DNA of 64,000 nucleotides. It comes from Magnetospiraceae bacterium (GTDB lineage Bacteria; Pseudomonadota; Alphaproteobacteria; Rhodospirillales; JBMYUJ01). Location: contig JBMYUJ010000002.1 in assembly GCA_049605255.1 (NCBI GenBank), positions 9,791 through 73,790 of the forward strand, written 5' to 3'. The first letter of the stretch is position 1. Each line of letters starts with the position of its first letter. The translations under genes were made by a program, and so were the position numbers. Shown one piece after another: positions 45,449-55,672 of the stretch. The notes under the pieces were generated by a model. The model had not been told where the DNA came from, did not search any database, and was given only the letters and a program-made list of their open reading frames with translations.

Positions 45449-46540
45449 ATGTACGTGGCCGTCAAAGGGGGCGAAAAGGCCATTGCGGCTGCCCATAAAC
45501 TCCTCGCGGAAGATCGTCGTGGCGATCCGCGGGTGCCGGAAATCGGCACCGATCAGATCGGCGAGCAACTGACCCTCGCTGTCGACCGGGTGATGACCGA
45601 AGGGTCGGTCTATGACCGCGATCTCGCCGCGCTGGCGCTGAAGCAAGCCCGGGGCGATCAGGTGGAAGCAATTTTCCTCTTGCGCGCCTATCGCACCACC
45701 CTGCCCCGTTTCGCGGTCAGCCGCCCCCTCGACACCCAGGAGATGGCGGTAGAGCGTCGCATTTCGGCGACCTATAAGGACCTTCCCGGCGGGCAAATTC
45801 TCGGTCCCACCTTCGATTACACCCATCGGCTGCTGGATTTCGCGCTGGCGGCAGAAGGCGTCGCCCGGCCCGTGGCGGAGACCCGGGACCATGGTCTCGA
45901 TCCCATGCCCCGGGTGGTGGATGTCTTGAACGCCGAAGGGTTAATCGAACAAGAAATTGACACCGCCCCCGAAGCGCCGGTGGGCGACCTGACCCGCGAG
46001 CCCCTCGATTTCCCGGCTGACCGAGATATTCGGTTGCAAAATCTGGCCCGGGGCGATGAGGGTTTCCTGCTGGCGCTGGCCTATTCCACCCAGCGCGGCT
46101 ATGGCCGGTCCCATCCCTTCGCGGGAGAGATTCGCATGGGCACGGTCACCGTGGAAATCGATGTACCGGAATTGGATTTTCCCCTCGATATTGGCGATAT
46201 CCTGGTCACTGAATGCCAGATGATCAACCAGTTCAAGGGATCAAAAACCACCCCGCCACAATTTACCCGAGGTTACGGCCTGACCTTCGGCTATGCGGAA
46301 CGCAAGGCCATGGCCATGGCGCTGGTGGACCGGGCCCTGCGCAGCCGAGAGCTGGGCGAGGACCAGACGGCCCCGGCCCAGGATGAAGAATTCGTGCTGT
46401 CTCACACAGACAATGTGGAGGCTTCGGGCTTCGTCCAGCATTTGAAACTGCCCCATTATGTGGATTTCCAAGGCGAGCTGGAACTGGTGCGGAAGCTGGC
46501 GGCTGACCAGCACGAAATTTTGGCGGAGGCGGGAGAATGA
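45449..46540 (+). CDS. phnI: C-P lyase subunit PhnI
   Basis: MYVAVKGGEKAI and the YSTQRGYGRSHPFAGEIR motif match PhnI. Confidence 0.93.
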   Translation: MYVAVKGGEKAIAAAHKLLAEDRRGDPRVPEIGTDQIGEQLTLAVDRVMTEGSVYDRDLAALALKQARGDQVEAIFLLRAYRTTLPRFAVSRPLDTQEMAVERRISATYKDLPGGQILGPTFDYTHRLLDFALAAEGVARPVAETRDHGLDPMPRVVDVLNAEGLIEQEIDTAPEAPVGDLTREPLDFPADRDIRLQNLARGDEGFLLALAYSTQRGYGRSHPFAGEIRMGTVTVEIDVPELDFPLDIGDILVTECQMINQFKGSKTTPPQFTRGYGLTFGYAERKAMAMALVDRALRSRELGEDQTAPAQDEEFVLSHTDNVEASGFVQHLKLPHYVDFQGELELVRKLAADQHEILAEAGE

Positions 46541-47436
46541 GGGAACAGATGTCGACGCCGACAACAACCAGGCAAGGTTATAACTTCGCCTATCTGGACG
46601 AACAGACCAAACGCATGATCCGGCGCGCTATCCTCAAGGGCGTGGCCATCCCCGGATATCAGGTGCCCTTTGGCAGCCGGGAAATGCCACTGCCCTATGG
46701 TTGGGGCACCGGCGGCATCCAGGTCACCGCCAGTGTGATCGGCCCCGAGGACGTGCTGAAAGTGATCGACCAGGGCGCGGACGATACGACCAATGCGGTG
46801 AGCATCCGCAAGTTTTTCGCCGATACCACCGGCGTCGCCACCACGGAAAAGACCGACGCCGCGACCCTGATCCAAACCCGGCATCGGATTCCGGAAACGC
46901 CGCTCGTAGAGGGGCAGGTGCTGGTCTATCAAGTACCAATCCCCGAACCCCTGCGCTGGGTGGAACCGCGAGAAACGGAAACCCGCAAAATGCATGCGCT
47001 GGGAGAATATGGCGTGATGCATGTAAAGCTTTACGAAGACATCACCCATCATGGGCGTATCGCCACCGCCTATGATTATCCGGTGCGGGTCAATGGCCGC
47101 TATATCATGGCGCCGTCGCCGATTCCCAAATTCGATAATCCGAAAATGCACCAGATGCCCGCCTTGCAATTGTTCGGCGCGGGCCGGGAAAAGCGTATCT
47201 ACGCCATTCCCCCCTACACAGACGTGCACAGCCTGGATTTCGAAGACCATCCCTTCAGCGTACAAACCTGGGACGACTGCTGTGCCCTGTGCGGGTCGGT
47301 GGAAAGCTATCTGGATGAAGTGATCACCGATGATACGGGGGGGCGCATGTATGTGTGCTCCGACACGGATTTTTGCGGTGACCGGCGGGCCGCCGGGCAT
47401 ATTGGGCCGCAAGGGGTCTCGGAGGCTGCGGAATGA
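46537..47436 (+). CDS. phnJ: C-P lyase radical-SAM catalytic subunit PhnJ
   Basis: YNFAYLDEQTKRMIRRAILKGVAIPGYQVPF plus the C-terminal Cys cluster CCALCGS..VCSDTDFC. Confidence 0.95.
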   Translation: MREQMSTPTTTRQGYNFAYLDEQTKRMIRRAILKGVAIPGYQVPFGSREMPLPYGWGTGGIQVTASVIGPEDVLKVIDQGADDTTNAVSIRKFFADTTGVATTEKTDAATLIQTRHRIPETPLVEGQVLVYQVPIPEPLRWVEPRETETRKMHALGEYGVMHVKLYEDITHHGRIATAYDYPVRVNGRYIMAPSPIPKFDNPKMHQMPALQLFGAGREKRIYAIPPYTDVHSLDFEDHPFSVQTWDDCCALCGSVESYLDEVITDDTGGRMYVCSDTDFCGDRRAAGHIGPQGVSEAAE

Positions 47437-48245
47437 ACAACAGCACGACAATTGCCACAGCGACCGAGCCCCAACAATCGCCCCTGTTGCGCGTGCGCGG
47501 GCTGAGCAAGATGTATGGCGCGCAGGTGGGCTGCCAAAACGTCGATTTCGACCTTTATCCGGGGGAAGTGCTCGGTGTGGTGGGCGAATCCGGGTCCGGC
47601 AAAAGCACGTTGCTCGGCTGCCTGTCCAACCAACTCACCCCCACCTCGGGCACCGTGGACTATGACACCCGAAACCAGGGCCTCACCAATCTCTACGATC
47701 TCAGTGAACCGGAACGACGCATGCTGGCCCGCACCGATTGGGGCATCGTGCATCAAAACCCCCGGGAGGGTCTCCGCATGGGGGTCAGCGCCGGGGCCAA
47801 TGTGGGCGAACGGCTGATGGCTGTCGGCGCCCGACACTACGGAGACATTCGCCAGACTGCCGGGGACTGGCTCGACAAGGTGGAAATCGATACGGATCGC
47901 ATCGATGATGCGCCGCGCACCTTTTCCGGCGGCATGCAACAGCGGGTGCAGATCGCCCGCAATTTGGTGACCAAGCCCCGCTTGGTGTTCATGGATGAGC
48001 CCACGGGCGGGCTGGATGTGTCGGTGCAGGCGCGGCTTTTGGATCTGCTGCGCAATTTGGTCACCAATCTGGGCCTGTCCGCCATCATCGTCACCCATGA
48101 TCTGGCGGTGACCCGTCTGCTCGCCCATCGCTTGATGGTGATGCGCCGGGGCGACGTGGTGGAATCGGGCCTTACCGATCAGGTTTTGGACGATCCCCAG
48201 CATCCCTACACCCAGCTTCTCGTTTCCTCCGTGCTGCAACCCTAG
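47433..48245 (+). CDS. phnK: C-P lyase accessory ATPase PhnK
   Basis: Walker [10 protein letters not shown] and signature [13 protein letters not shown]. Confidence 0.92.
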   Translation: MNNSTTIATATEPQQSPLLRVRGLSKMYGAQVGCQNVDFDLYPGEVLGVVGESGSGKSTLLGCLSNQLTPTSGTVDYDTRNQGLTNLYDLSEPERRMLARTDWGIVHQNPREGLRMGVSAGANVGERLMAVGARHYGDIRQTAGDWLDKVEIDTDRIDDAPRTFSGGMQQRVQIARNLVTKPRLVFMDEPTGGLDVSVQARLLDLLRNLVTNLGLSAIIVTHDLAVTRLLAHRLMVMRRGDVVESGLTDQVLDDPQHPYTQLLVSSVLQP

Positions 48246-48255
48246 GGCCCTTGCG

Positions 48256-48954
48256 ATGATTCAGGTTCAAAACCTCTGTAAGACCTTTACCCTGCATCAC
48301 CAGGGGGGCGCCCGCATCGCGGCCTTGACCGGCATCAATCTCACCGTTGAGGGCGGCGATTGTGTGGTCCTCCATGGGCCCTCTGGAACGGGCAAAAGCA
48401 CGCTGATGCGCTCGCTTTATGCCAACTACAAACCGCAATCGGGCAGCGTCCTGATCCGCCATAAAGGCGCGTGGGTCGATATGGTCACCGCACCGCCCTA
48501 TGTGGTCATCGAGGTGCGCCGGTTTACCATCGGTTATGTAAGCCAGTTCTTGCGGGTCATTCCGCGGGTCTCCACCCTGGACATCGTTTCCGAACCTTTG
48601 CGCGCCCAAGGTGTGGACCAGACCACCGCGGAGCGGCGCGCCAAGGATTTGCTGGCGAGCTTGAATATCCCCGAGGCCCTCTGGTCTTTGGCCCCGGGCA
48701 CTTTTTCGGGCGGCGAGCAGCAGCGGGTGAATATCGCCCACAGCTTCGTTGCCGATTACCCCGTGCTGCTGCTTGACGAACCCACCGCCGCGCTGGATGC
48801 GGAAAATCGCCGGATCGTTGTTGATCTGATCAACCGCGCCAAACAGCGTGGCGCCGCCATCGTGGGAATTTTCCATGATGCGGATGCGCGTGATGCCGTC
48901 GGCACCCGCCTATTCGAAATGCGCCATGCCGAAACCGGAGACACCGCCGCATGA
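48256..48954 (+). CDS. phnL: C-P lyase ATPase PhnL
   Basis: Walker [22 protein letters not shown], and [11 protein letters not shown]. Confidence 0.9.
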   Translation: MIQVQNLCKTFTLHHQGGARIAALTGINLTVEGGDCVVLHGPSGTGKSTLMRSLYANYKPQSGSVLIRHKGAWVDMVTAPPYVVIEVRRFTIGYVSQFLRVIPRVSTLDIVSEPLRAQGVDQTTAERRAKDLLASLNIPEALWSLAPGTFSGGEQQRVNIAHSFVADYPVLLLDEPTAALDAENRRIVVDLINRAKQRGAAIVGIFHDADARDAVGTRLFEMRHAETGDTAA

Positions 48955-50096
48955 CCCAAGATCTGCTGATTACCAATGCCCAAATTGTCACGCCGGACGA
49001 GGTCATTTTTGGCACGGTGGAGGTACGCAGCGGCCATATTACCGCCGTGGATCGGGGGTTGACCGGCTTGGCCACCGCCATTGATTTTGACGGTGATTAC
49101 CTGATTCCCGGCCTGATCGAACTGCATACGGATAATCTGGAGCGCCATTTCACCCCTCGGCCCGGGGTGCACTGGCCCGCCGTGCCCGCCGTCATGGCAC
49201 ATGACGCCGAAATCGCCGCTGCCGGGATCACCACGGTGTTCAACGCTATCGCCATCGGCGATATCATCAACGGATCGACCCGCCTGAACTATCTGGAAGA
49301 AATGGCGCGGGGGGTGCATGAGGCCCGCGAGCGCAAGGTAACCCGCGCCGACCATCGCCTGCACCTGCGCTGTGAAATCAGCTTCGCGGGGGTGCTAGAC
49401 CTGTTCGAACCCTTTAGCCAGGATCCGCTGGTACGGTTGGTGTCACTAATGGACCATTCTCCGGGGCAACGGCAATTCGCCAATGTGGATAAATACCGGG
49501 AATATTATCAGGGCAAATACCGGATGACCGACGACGAGATCGAGAGCCTGATCTGCCGCCAACAGGAAGCCAGTGCCACCTATGGAACCATCAACCGGCG
49601 CAAAATTGTGGATTTCTGCCATGATCGCAAGCTTGCCTTGGCCAGCCATGACGACGCCACCGCCGACCATGTGGCCGAAGCGGCGCGCCAAGGCATGACC
49701 ATTGCCGAATTCCCAACCACCTTAGAAGCGGCAGATCTTTCCCGGCAGCATGGCATGAAGACCCTGATGGGTGCGCCCAATGTGGTGCGCGGCCATTCCC
49801 ATTCCGGCAATGTGTCGGCCCGGTATCTGGCCAAGGAAGGCTTGGTCGACATCTTATCGTCGGACTATTTCCCCTCAAGCCTTTTGCAAGGCGCCTTCAC
49901 GCTGGCCAAGGAAATTGACGGCATCGACCTGCCAGACGCCATCGCCACCGTCACGGCGCACCCGGCGGCGGCGGTGGGTTTACGGGACCGGGGCCGGATC
50001 CTGCCCGGCAAAAAGGCGGATTTGGTCCGGGTCGCCCTGTCTGACGATGTGCCGGTGGTGCGCCATGTCTGGCGCGACGGTGGACGGGTGGTATGA
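48951..50096 (+). CDS. phnM: RPnTP diphosphatase PhnM (amidohydrolase fold)
   Basis: [12 protein letters not shown] is the HxD metal motif, and LASHDD is also present. The start shares an ATGA overlap with phnL. Confidence 0.92.
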   Translation: MTQDLLITNAQIVTPDEVIFGTVEVRSGHITAVDRGLTGLATAIDFDGDYLIPGLIELHTDNLERHFTPRPGVHWPAVPAVMAHDAEIAAAGITTVFNAIAIGDIINGSTRLNYLEEMARGVHEARERKVTRADHRLHLRCEISFAGVLDLFEPFSQDPLVRLVSLMDHSPGQRQFANVDKYREYYQGKYRMTDDEIESLICRQQEASATYGTINRRKIVDFCHDRKLALASHDDATADHVAEAARQGMTIAEFPTTLEAADLSRQHGMKTLMGAPNVVRGHSHSGNVSARYLAKEGLVDILSSDYFPSSLLQGAFTLAKEIDGIDLPDAIATVTAHPAAAVGLRDRGRILPGKKADLVRVALSDDVPVVRHVWRDGGRVV

Positions 50097-50818
50097 CCTC
50101 CGTCCCCGCACCGGCCGCCACCTCCGGCCCGGAGCGTGCAGAGGCCCGCTACGCGCTGTATTACGCGCCGCCGACGGGCAGTGCGCTGGCCGCCTTTGGC
50201 GAGGCCTGGCTTCAAACTCCGCAACTCGATGGATTTGATCCCGGGCTGTTGCGGGCCCTCACGAAAAGCCCACGTAAGTACGGTTTTCACGGCACCTTGA
50301 AGCCGCCCTTCCGGCTGGCCGCGGGATGTGATGTGGCCTCCCTGGAAGCTGCCGTGTCGGATTTCACCGCCCGGCGCGCGCCCTTCTCCCTCGGCCCCTT
50401 GAAGGTTTGCCTCATTGATGGGTTTCTCGCGTTGGTTCCCGGCAACCCAAGCGAAAGCGTTGCCCAATTGGCCGCAGATTGCGTTACGCATTTCGATCCT
50501 TTCCGGCGCCATGCAAACCGCGACGAGATGGCCCGGCGGCGTGCGGCCGGGCTCGATGCCGTGGAAGAGTCTTACCTGCAAAGCTGGGGCTATCCCTATG
50601 TGCTCGACCGCTTCCGGTTTCACCTGACCCTGACGGAGCGTTTGGTCGGGCGGGTCGACGCCGACCGGCTGCCGCTGCTGCAAAAAGCCATCACCGAGCG
50701 CTTTGCCGCCGCCTGTCGGGAAGAACCCCCATTGGTCGCCGACCTGTGCCTGTTCACACAGCCCACGACCAATGCGCCGTTCACGTTGGCAAAGCGGTTT
50801 AGCTTCTCCGCGACTTAA
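50093..50818 (+). CDS. DUF1045-type 2H-phosphoesterase-like phosphonate metabolism protein
   Basis: Two H-x-T motifs (FHGTLK and FHLTLT) about 100 aa apart, preceded by ALYYAP. The start shares an ATGA overlap with phnM. Confidence 0.8.
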   Translation: MTSVPAPAATSGPERAEARYALYYAPPTGSALAAFGEAWLQTPQLDGFDPGLLRALTKSPRKYGFHGTLKPPFRLAAGCDVASLEAAVSDFTARRAPFSLGPLKVCLIDGFLALVPGNPSESVAQLAADCVTHFDPFRRHANRDEMARRRAAGLDAVEESYLQSWGYPYVLDRFRFHLTLTERLVGRVDADRLPLLQKAITERFAAACREEPPLVADLCLFTQPTTNAPFTLAKRFSFSAT

Positions 50819-50953
50819 AGCGCGACCGACATAATTTGGACTCATGATTTGATACAAATTAAGTCGTGAAGCGCCCTCTAAGATTTTGTTTAGAGACGGA
50901 TTCACGTTGAAATCATGGTCATGCTTTTGACCAGGGTTTCTACGATCGGGCTC
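50818..50953 (+). mobile_element. MITE-like repeat, 136-bp copy (family copy B)
   Basis: AAGCGCGACCGAC...CGATCGGGCTC aligns along its full length with the units at 53515 and 53652. It begins immediately after the TA of the DUF1045 TAA stop. Confidence 0.8.
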
Positions 50954-51008
50954 TTGCATCGTCTTGCCAGGAGGCCTGCCATTTCGCCGTCAATAATGAG
51001 TCCGGACC

Positions 51009-52514
51009 CTAGTGATCACCTGTCCCCCCGAAATGGAACTTGGCGCCGTCACGGATGCCCGTGGGCCAGCGCTCGGTCACGGTTTTCAGTTGCGTGTAAA
51101 AATGCACGCCCTCGGGGCCATAAATGGAATGGGCCCCGAACAAGGAACGCTTCCAACCACCGAAACTGTGATAGGCCACGGGGACCGGAATAGGAACGTT
51201 GACGCCAACCATTCCGACCTGGATCTTGTCGGCGAATTCCCGGGCGGAATCTCCGTCGCGGGTGAAAATCGCGACCCCGTTGCCGTATTCATGACCGTGG
51301 ATCAAATCCACCGCCGCGGCAAAATCGGGCACCCGTACCGTCGATAGGACCGGCCCAAAGATCTCGTCTTTATAGATGGTCATGTCTGGGGTCACTCTGT
51401 CGAACAGGGTGCCACCTAGGAAATATCCGTTCTCGTAGCCTTGCAAAGAGAACCCCCGGCCATCGACCAAGAGTTCAGCCCCTTCCGCCACGCCGCGGTC
51501 GATATAGCCCTTGATCCGGTCATAGGCGTCGCGGGTGACAATAGGGCCCATTTCCGCTTCCGGATCGGTGTAGGGGCCAATTTTGAGATTTTCCACCCTT
51601 GGCTTGAGCTTGGCGATCAGCGCATCGGCGGTTTCTTCGCCGACCGGCACCGCCACCGACACAGCCATGCAGCGCTCGCCAGCCGACCCATATCCCGCGC
51701 CCATGAGAGCGTCGACCGCCTGGTCGATATCCGCATCTGGCATGATCACCATATGGTTCTTCGCCCCGCCCAAGGCCTGCACCCGCTTACCGTATTTCGC
51801 GCCGGTTTCATAGATATACTGGGCAATCGGCGTCGACCCCACGAAGCTGACCGCTGCAACGTCCGGATGGGTGAGGATCGTATCCACCGCTTCCTTGTCT
51901 CCATGTACGAGGTTCAGAACCCCGTCTGGAAAACCTGCTTCCTTGAACAGATTCATCACCGCCAAGCTAACGGAAGGATCGCGCTCAGACGGTTTCAACA
52001 CAAAGGTATTCCCCGCGGCGATGGCATTCGGATACATCCACATGGGGACCATGATCGGGAAGTTGAAGGGTGTAATACCGGCGCAGACCCCGACCGGCTG
52101 GCGGAGGGTGTAGCTATCGATGGCGGGACCTACATTGCGTGAGTACTCGCCCTTCAATAATTCCGGAATGCCAATGGCAAACTCCACATTCTCGATCCCG
52201 CGCATGACCTCTCCCATGGCGTCGTCAAATACCTTCCCATGTTCGGAACCGACGATGCGGGCCAACGCTTCCTTGTTTTCGTCGAGCAGCGCCTTGAACG
52301 TCATCATCATGCGCGCGCGTTTTAGGGGCGGAGTATTGGCCCAGGCGGGCAGAGCTGACTTGGCGGCGGCGATGGCATCGCTTACTTCGGCGGAACTGGA
52401 AAGATCCACCGCACCGGTCTGTTCACCCGTCGCCGGGTTGAAGACCGGCGCGGTGCGGCCGCTACGGGAGGCGACGTCTTGGCCGTTGATAATGTTGTGA
52501 ATGGCTTGGGTCAT
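51009..52514 (-). CDS. mmsA: Methylmalonate-semialdehyde dehydrogenase (CoA-acylating)
   Basis: The 501-aa ALDH-superfamily protein carries [41 protein letters not shown], which are MmsA/IolA-type motifs. Confidence 0.9.
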   Translation of the reverse strand: MTQAIHNIINGQDVASRSGRTAPVFNPATGEQTGAVDLSSSAEVSDAIAAAKSALPAWANTPPLKRARMMMTFKALLDENKEALARIVGSEHGKVFDDAMGEVMRGIENVEFAIGIPELLKGEYSRNVGPAIDSYTLRQPVGVCAGITPFNFPIMVPMWMYPNAIAAGNTFVLKPSERDPSVSLAVMNLFKEAGFPDGVLNLVHGDKEAVDTILTHPDVAAVSFVGSTPIAQYIYETGAKYGKRVQALGGAKNHMVIMPDADIDQAVDALMGAGYGSAGERCMAVSVAVPVGEETADALIAKLKPRVENLKIGPYTDPEAEMGPIVTRDAYDRIKGYIDRGVAEGAELLVDGRGFSLQGYENGYFLGGTLFDRVTPDMTIYKDEIFGPVLSTVRVPDFAAAVDLIHGHEYGNGVAIFTRDGDSAREFADKIQVGMVGVNVPIPVPVAYHSFGGWKRSLFGAHSIYGPEGVHFYTQLKTVTERWPTGIRDGAKFHFGGTGDH

Positions 52515-52544
52515 CTTTGATATTCCTACACTGGTTGAATAACC

Positions 52545-53111
52545 TTACTTTTTTGGTGCCGTTTGAGGCGCGATCCAGTCGTGGTCAGGATGGTTTTGGA
52601 TTCGCCACTGACGGCGCGGACCCGCCATGACATTGAGGTACTACATCTCGTAGCCATGGGGAACGCCGCAGGGGTGGTGGCCTTTGGGCACCAGCACCAC
52701 ATCTCCTTCCTGCACGGTCATGGTCTCGTCAATCTCTCCATCGTCGGTGAACACCCGCTGAATGCCGAAGCCCTGGGCGGGGTCCAAACGGTGATAATAG
52801 GTTTCTTCAAGATAGGTCGTGGTCGGGTAATCGTCGACATTGTAGCGATGCGGTGGATAGCACGACCAATGGCCCGACGGGGTAAAGACCTCGGTCATCA
52901 GCAGGCAGTCGGCCACATCCCGATCTTCCATGGCGATGGTATTGATGTAGCGCGTATGTGTGCCCTCGCCCCGGGTGACCGTTTCAATGCCATTGGGGCC
53001 GATCACCTGGGCCTCGTGCCCGACGGTTCCAGGAGCAGTCCCCACCGCCCCGGTACACGCCGTTGTCGCCGTCGCCGACCACGAGGAACCGGAGGGCACA
53101 TAGACGCAGTG
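52545..53111 (-). pseudogene. iolB: iolB (5-deoxy-glucuronate isomerase) remnant: 5'-truncated with an in-frame TAG
   Basis: VYVPSGSS..TRGEGTHTRYINTI..GHWSCYPPH..LEETYYHRLDPAQGFGIQRVFTDD..VPKGHHPCGVPHGYEM-TAG-YLNVMAGP matches IolB. The stop at 52641-52643 replaces the first Tyr of the conserved YYLNVMAG motif. Confidence 0.75.
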
Positions 53112-53289
53112 CGGCGGCGTGGGCGACGAAGTCAACCTCCGGCAGCATCACAACGTTGGAATCCTTGTACATGTTGTTGAACGCCGCCCCACCACATTCG
53201 ATCTGCAGCCGATTGATGCAGCCATAGCCGCAATTATCGGTCAGCACGATGGTAAAGGGCACGCGGCGCATCACCGCGGCCCTCTGCCA
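53107..53289 (-). pseudogene. iolD: iolD (TPP-dependent trihydroxycyclohexane-dione hydrolase) internal fragment fused to the iolB remnant
   Basis: FTIVLTDNCGYGCINRLQIECGGAAFNNMYKD..VDFVAHAAAL resembles the IolD C-terminal region. Only about 60 of roughly 600 codons remain. The junction with iolB-like sequence is near 53105-53112 in a different frame. Confidence 0.55.
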
Positions 53290-53495
53290 CCCGCTGGAAG
53301 CCACCTCGGCGCTGCTTGTTCAAACCTTGATCGATGTCATCAATCAGGAGACGCCAGGGGCGACCCTGCAGCGGGTCATTCCCTTTGAGATCGTTACGCC
53401 GGAGAATGTGTAAGCTGGAAAAAAACCCGACCCGCACGGCCACAGGGCCGATTTGAACATCAACACCGATATGCACCTGATGCTTGAACGGTATT

Positions 53496-53786
53496 TTTCA
53501 TCGATCCGGCTCTAGAGCGCGATCGACTTAAAATGAATCATGAAATGATACAGATTAAGTCGTGAATCGCCCTCTCAGAGTTTGTTTAGAGACGGAGTCA
53601 CGTTGAAATCATGGTCATGCTTTTGACCAGGATTTCATCGATCCGGCTCTAGAGCGCGATCGACTTTATCTGAATCATGAAATGATGCAGATTAAGTCGT
53701 GAATCGCCCTCTAAGATTTTGTTTAGAGACGGATTCACGTTGAAATCATGGTCAGGATATTGACCAGGTTTTCAACGATCCGGCTC
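53496..53786 (+). mobile_element. Tandem array of the MITE-like repeat: partial end plus two full 135-bp units joined by TA (family copies C0, C1, C2)
   Basis: The period is 137 bp (unit starts at 53515 and 53652). Each junction reads CGATCCGGCTC-TA-GAGCGCGATCG. The last unit ends at the TAG stop of the GGDEF gene. Confidence 0.85.
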
Positions 53787-54460
53787 TAAGTTGATTGCTC
53801 GGCAAAAATAACCAAGTTTCGCCCGCCGGACTTGGCTTTGTAGAGCGCTTGATCCACGCGGTTGAATAGCGGGCGGAAACCTTCGTCTTTCAAGGCGATA
53901 GCGACGCCGATGCTGATCGTCACTTTCTGGGGAATGGGGAAGTCGCATTGCGCCACGGTACGCCGCAATCTTTCCGCCGAGGCCATCGCTCCCTTTTGAT
54001 CCGCCATTGGACAGACCACCATGAACTCCTCTCCCCCCCAACGGGCGACCGTATCTATGGCGCGGGAATGCTCCTTGAGAATTTCCGAAAGGTGAATCAG
54101 GCATTCGTCGCCGACCGCATGGCCGTAGGTATCGTTGATCCGCTTGAAATGATCGATATCGATCAAAAACACGGCCAAAGGCGGACCGCCCCGTGAAAAA
54201 CGCTCAATCTCACCCCCGGGCTTGAAACACAAAAACCCTATGGAACTGTTTACAATTGCCTCATGGAAAAATTTATCACCGTCGCGCGTGTTGGCCTTCT
54301 GGTCCCCAACGGCCGCATCTGTACGATGCCGGGCGATCTCGCTTCGCAGCTTTAGATACATAAATATCAAAACAGCAACGACTATAAGGAGAAGAAGCTC
54401 ATTAGAGAACGTCAGCATGCTGTTTAAAATTTGAAAGTTCGCGGATAGGGTAAATGACAA
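53786..54460 (-). CDS. GGDEF-domain diguanylate cyclase with N-terminal TM helix
   Basis: DIDHFKRINDTYGH and RWGGEEFMVV (GGEEF active site). The start may be Met at 54418. The 5' part looks lower in GC. Confidence 0.85.
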   Translation of the reverse strand: MSFTLSANFQILNSMLTFSNELLLLIVVAVLIFMYLKLRSEIARHRTDAAVGDQKANTRDGDKFFHEAIVNSSIGFLCFKPGGEIERFSRGGPPLAVFLIDIDHFKRINDTYGHAVGDECLIHLSEILKEHSRAIDTVARWGGEEFMVVCPMADQKGAMASAERLRRTVAQCDFPIPQKVTISIGVAIALKDEGFRPLFNRVDQALYKAKSGGRNLVIFAEQST

Positions 54461-54772
54461 TATTCAACGACTCTAATTCTACCCCAGCGGCATCAATTCG
54501 TCCACGATTCACCGCGTTGGCATGAATTTAGCGCGGCACATTTTCCACTTGGCACCCGCGCACTGACCTGATTAGCGTCGGTATTGCGCGAGTCGTTAAA
54601 GACGGATGGCCGGACTTCGAACAAATACGACCATCACGCACGCCTGAAATGGCAGGGGATTGAGGAGCGACCTGGGCTATGACGGCACCACCGAAACTCT
54701 TCGATATAATCTCTCATTGATTTCCTTTTAGAACAATACGAAGATATTTCGAAAATATGGGGTTTAAAGCGA

Positions 54773-55561
54773 ATGCAGAAACTATCAGAGCGACAGCGCG
54801 AGATCATCTCCGTGGCGCGGGCACAGGGCCAGGTGAATGTGGATGACTTGGCGGCACAGTTCGAAGTGACCCCGCAAACAATACGCAAAGATCTGAATGA
54901 TATCTGTGCGTCGGGGCTGATGCGGCGCACACATGGCGGGGCCGTTGTCGTCGCCAGCATGGAAAACCTTGAATATGACGCCCGTCGGCTTCTGGCGCAG
55001 GAGGAAAAGCGCCATATCGGCATCGCCGCCGCCGCGCTGATCCCAAACAATTGTTCCGTGTTTATCGGCATCGGCACCACCACAGAGGAAGTCGCCCGCA
55101 ACTTATTGAACAAGAAAAACATCCTCGTCGTCACCAATAATATTAACGTTGCCAATATGTTACGATCTGGCTCCGAGGTCGATGTCATCATTGCTGGAGG
55201 GATCGTTCGACGCACGGATGGCGGCGTTGTTGGGGATGCCGCCGTCGACTTTCTAACTCAGTTTAAGTTTGATTTTGCCATTGTCGGCACATCCGCAATC
55301 GATGAAGACGGCTCTCTTCTCGACTATGACCTGCGTGAAGTGAAGGTCGCACAGGCAATTCTCAATAATGCACGGCACGTGATTTTGGTTTCCGATACGC
55401 TGAAGCTTGATCGCAATGCGCCCATACGGATTGCACACCTTACCCAAATTCAAACCTTCGTGACGGATACTCTGCGCTCAAACGCACTGCGCAACTTATG
55501 CCGGTCAGAAGGCGTTACCCTTGTGGAGACAATGGCGACAGCGTCACAAAAAAGCTCTTGA
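54773..55561 (+). CDS. glpR: DeoR-family glycerol-3-phosphate regulon repressor
   Basis: HTH region ERQREIISVARAQGQVNVDDLAAQFEVTPQTIRKDLNDI plus a DeoR C-terminal sugar-phosphate domain. Confidence 0.88.
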   Translation: MQKLSERQREIISVARAQGQVNVDDLAAQFEVTPQTIRKDLNDICASGLMRRTHGGAVVVASMENLEYDARRLLAQEEKRHIGIAAAALIPNNCSVFIGIGTTTEEVARNLLNKKNILVVTNNINVANMLRSGSEVDVIIAGGIVRRTDGGVVGDAAVDFLTQFKFDFAIVGTSAIDEDGSLLDYDLREVKVAQAILNNARHVILVSDTLKLDRNAPIRIAHLTQIQTFVTDTLRSNALRNLCRSEGVTLVETMATASQKSS

Positions 55562-55672
55562 AAGTACTTTTGTTTTCGATTAGCGTTAATATGAAAATTA
55601 AAACGAAAATACAAAATGCCATCTCACAAAGAGTGAGCACGGCAATCCGGATAAATCCGGGCGGGAGGCTTT

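Noticed and set aside
52641-52643. The idea that the two in-frame TAG codons (iolB at 52641-52643, glpV at 61833-61835) reflect amber recoding, such as pyrrolysine or suppressor-based reassignment.
   Set aside because: TAG terminates several clearly complete genes in the same window (rnfA, rnfH, phnK, the monooxygenase, the GGDEF gene). iolB is independently truncated and degenerate. No pyl-type genes are visible. Ordinary nonsense mutation or sequencing error is far more likely.
53234-53476. An 80-aa ORF on the minus strand, and other 60-110-aa ORFs across 52.5-53.5 kb.
   Set aside because: They lie in the patchwork of iol gene fragments, overlap better-supported remnants in other frames, and have no start-site signals or recognisable motifs.
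53496-53786. Tandem repeats considered as a possible CRISPR array.
   Set aside because: Units are 135 bp and directly abutting through a TA, with no unique spacers. Copies occur singly elsewhere in both orientations with terminal inverted repeats. No cas genes are present.
54518-54533. TGGCACCCGCGCACTG upstream of the GGDEF/glpR region, resembling a -24 element.
   Set aside because: There is no GC dinucleotide at the -12 position (CT instead), and no UAS or appropriately placed gene start.
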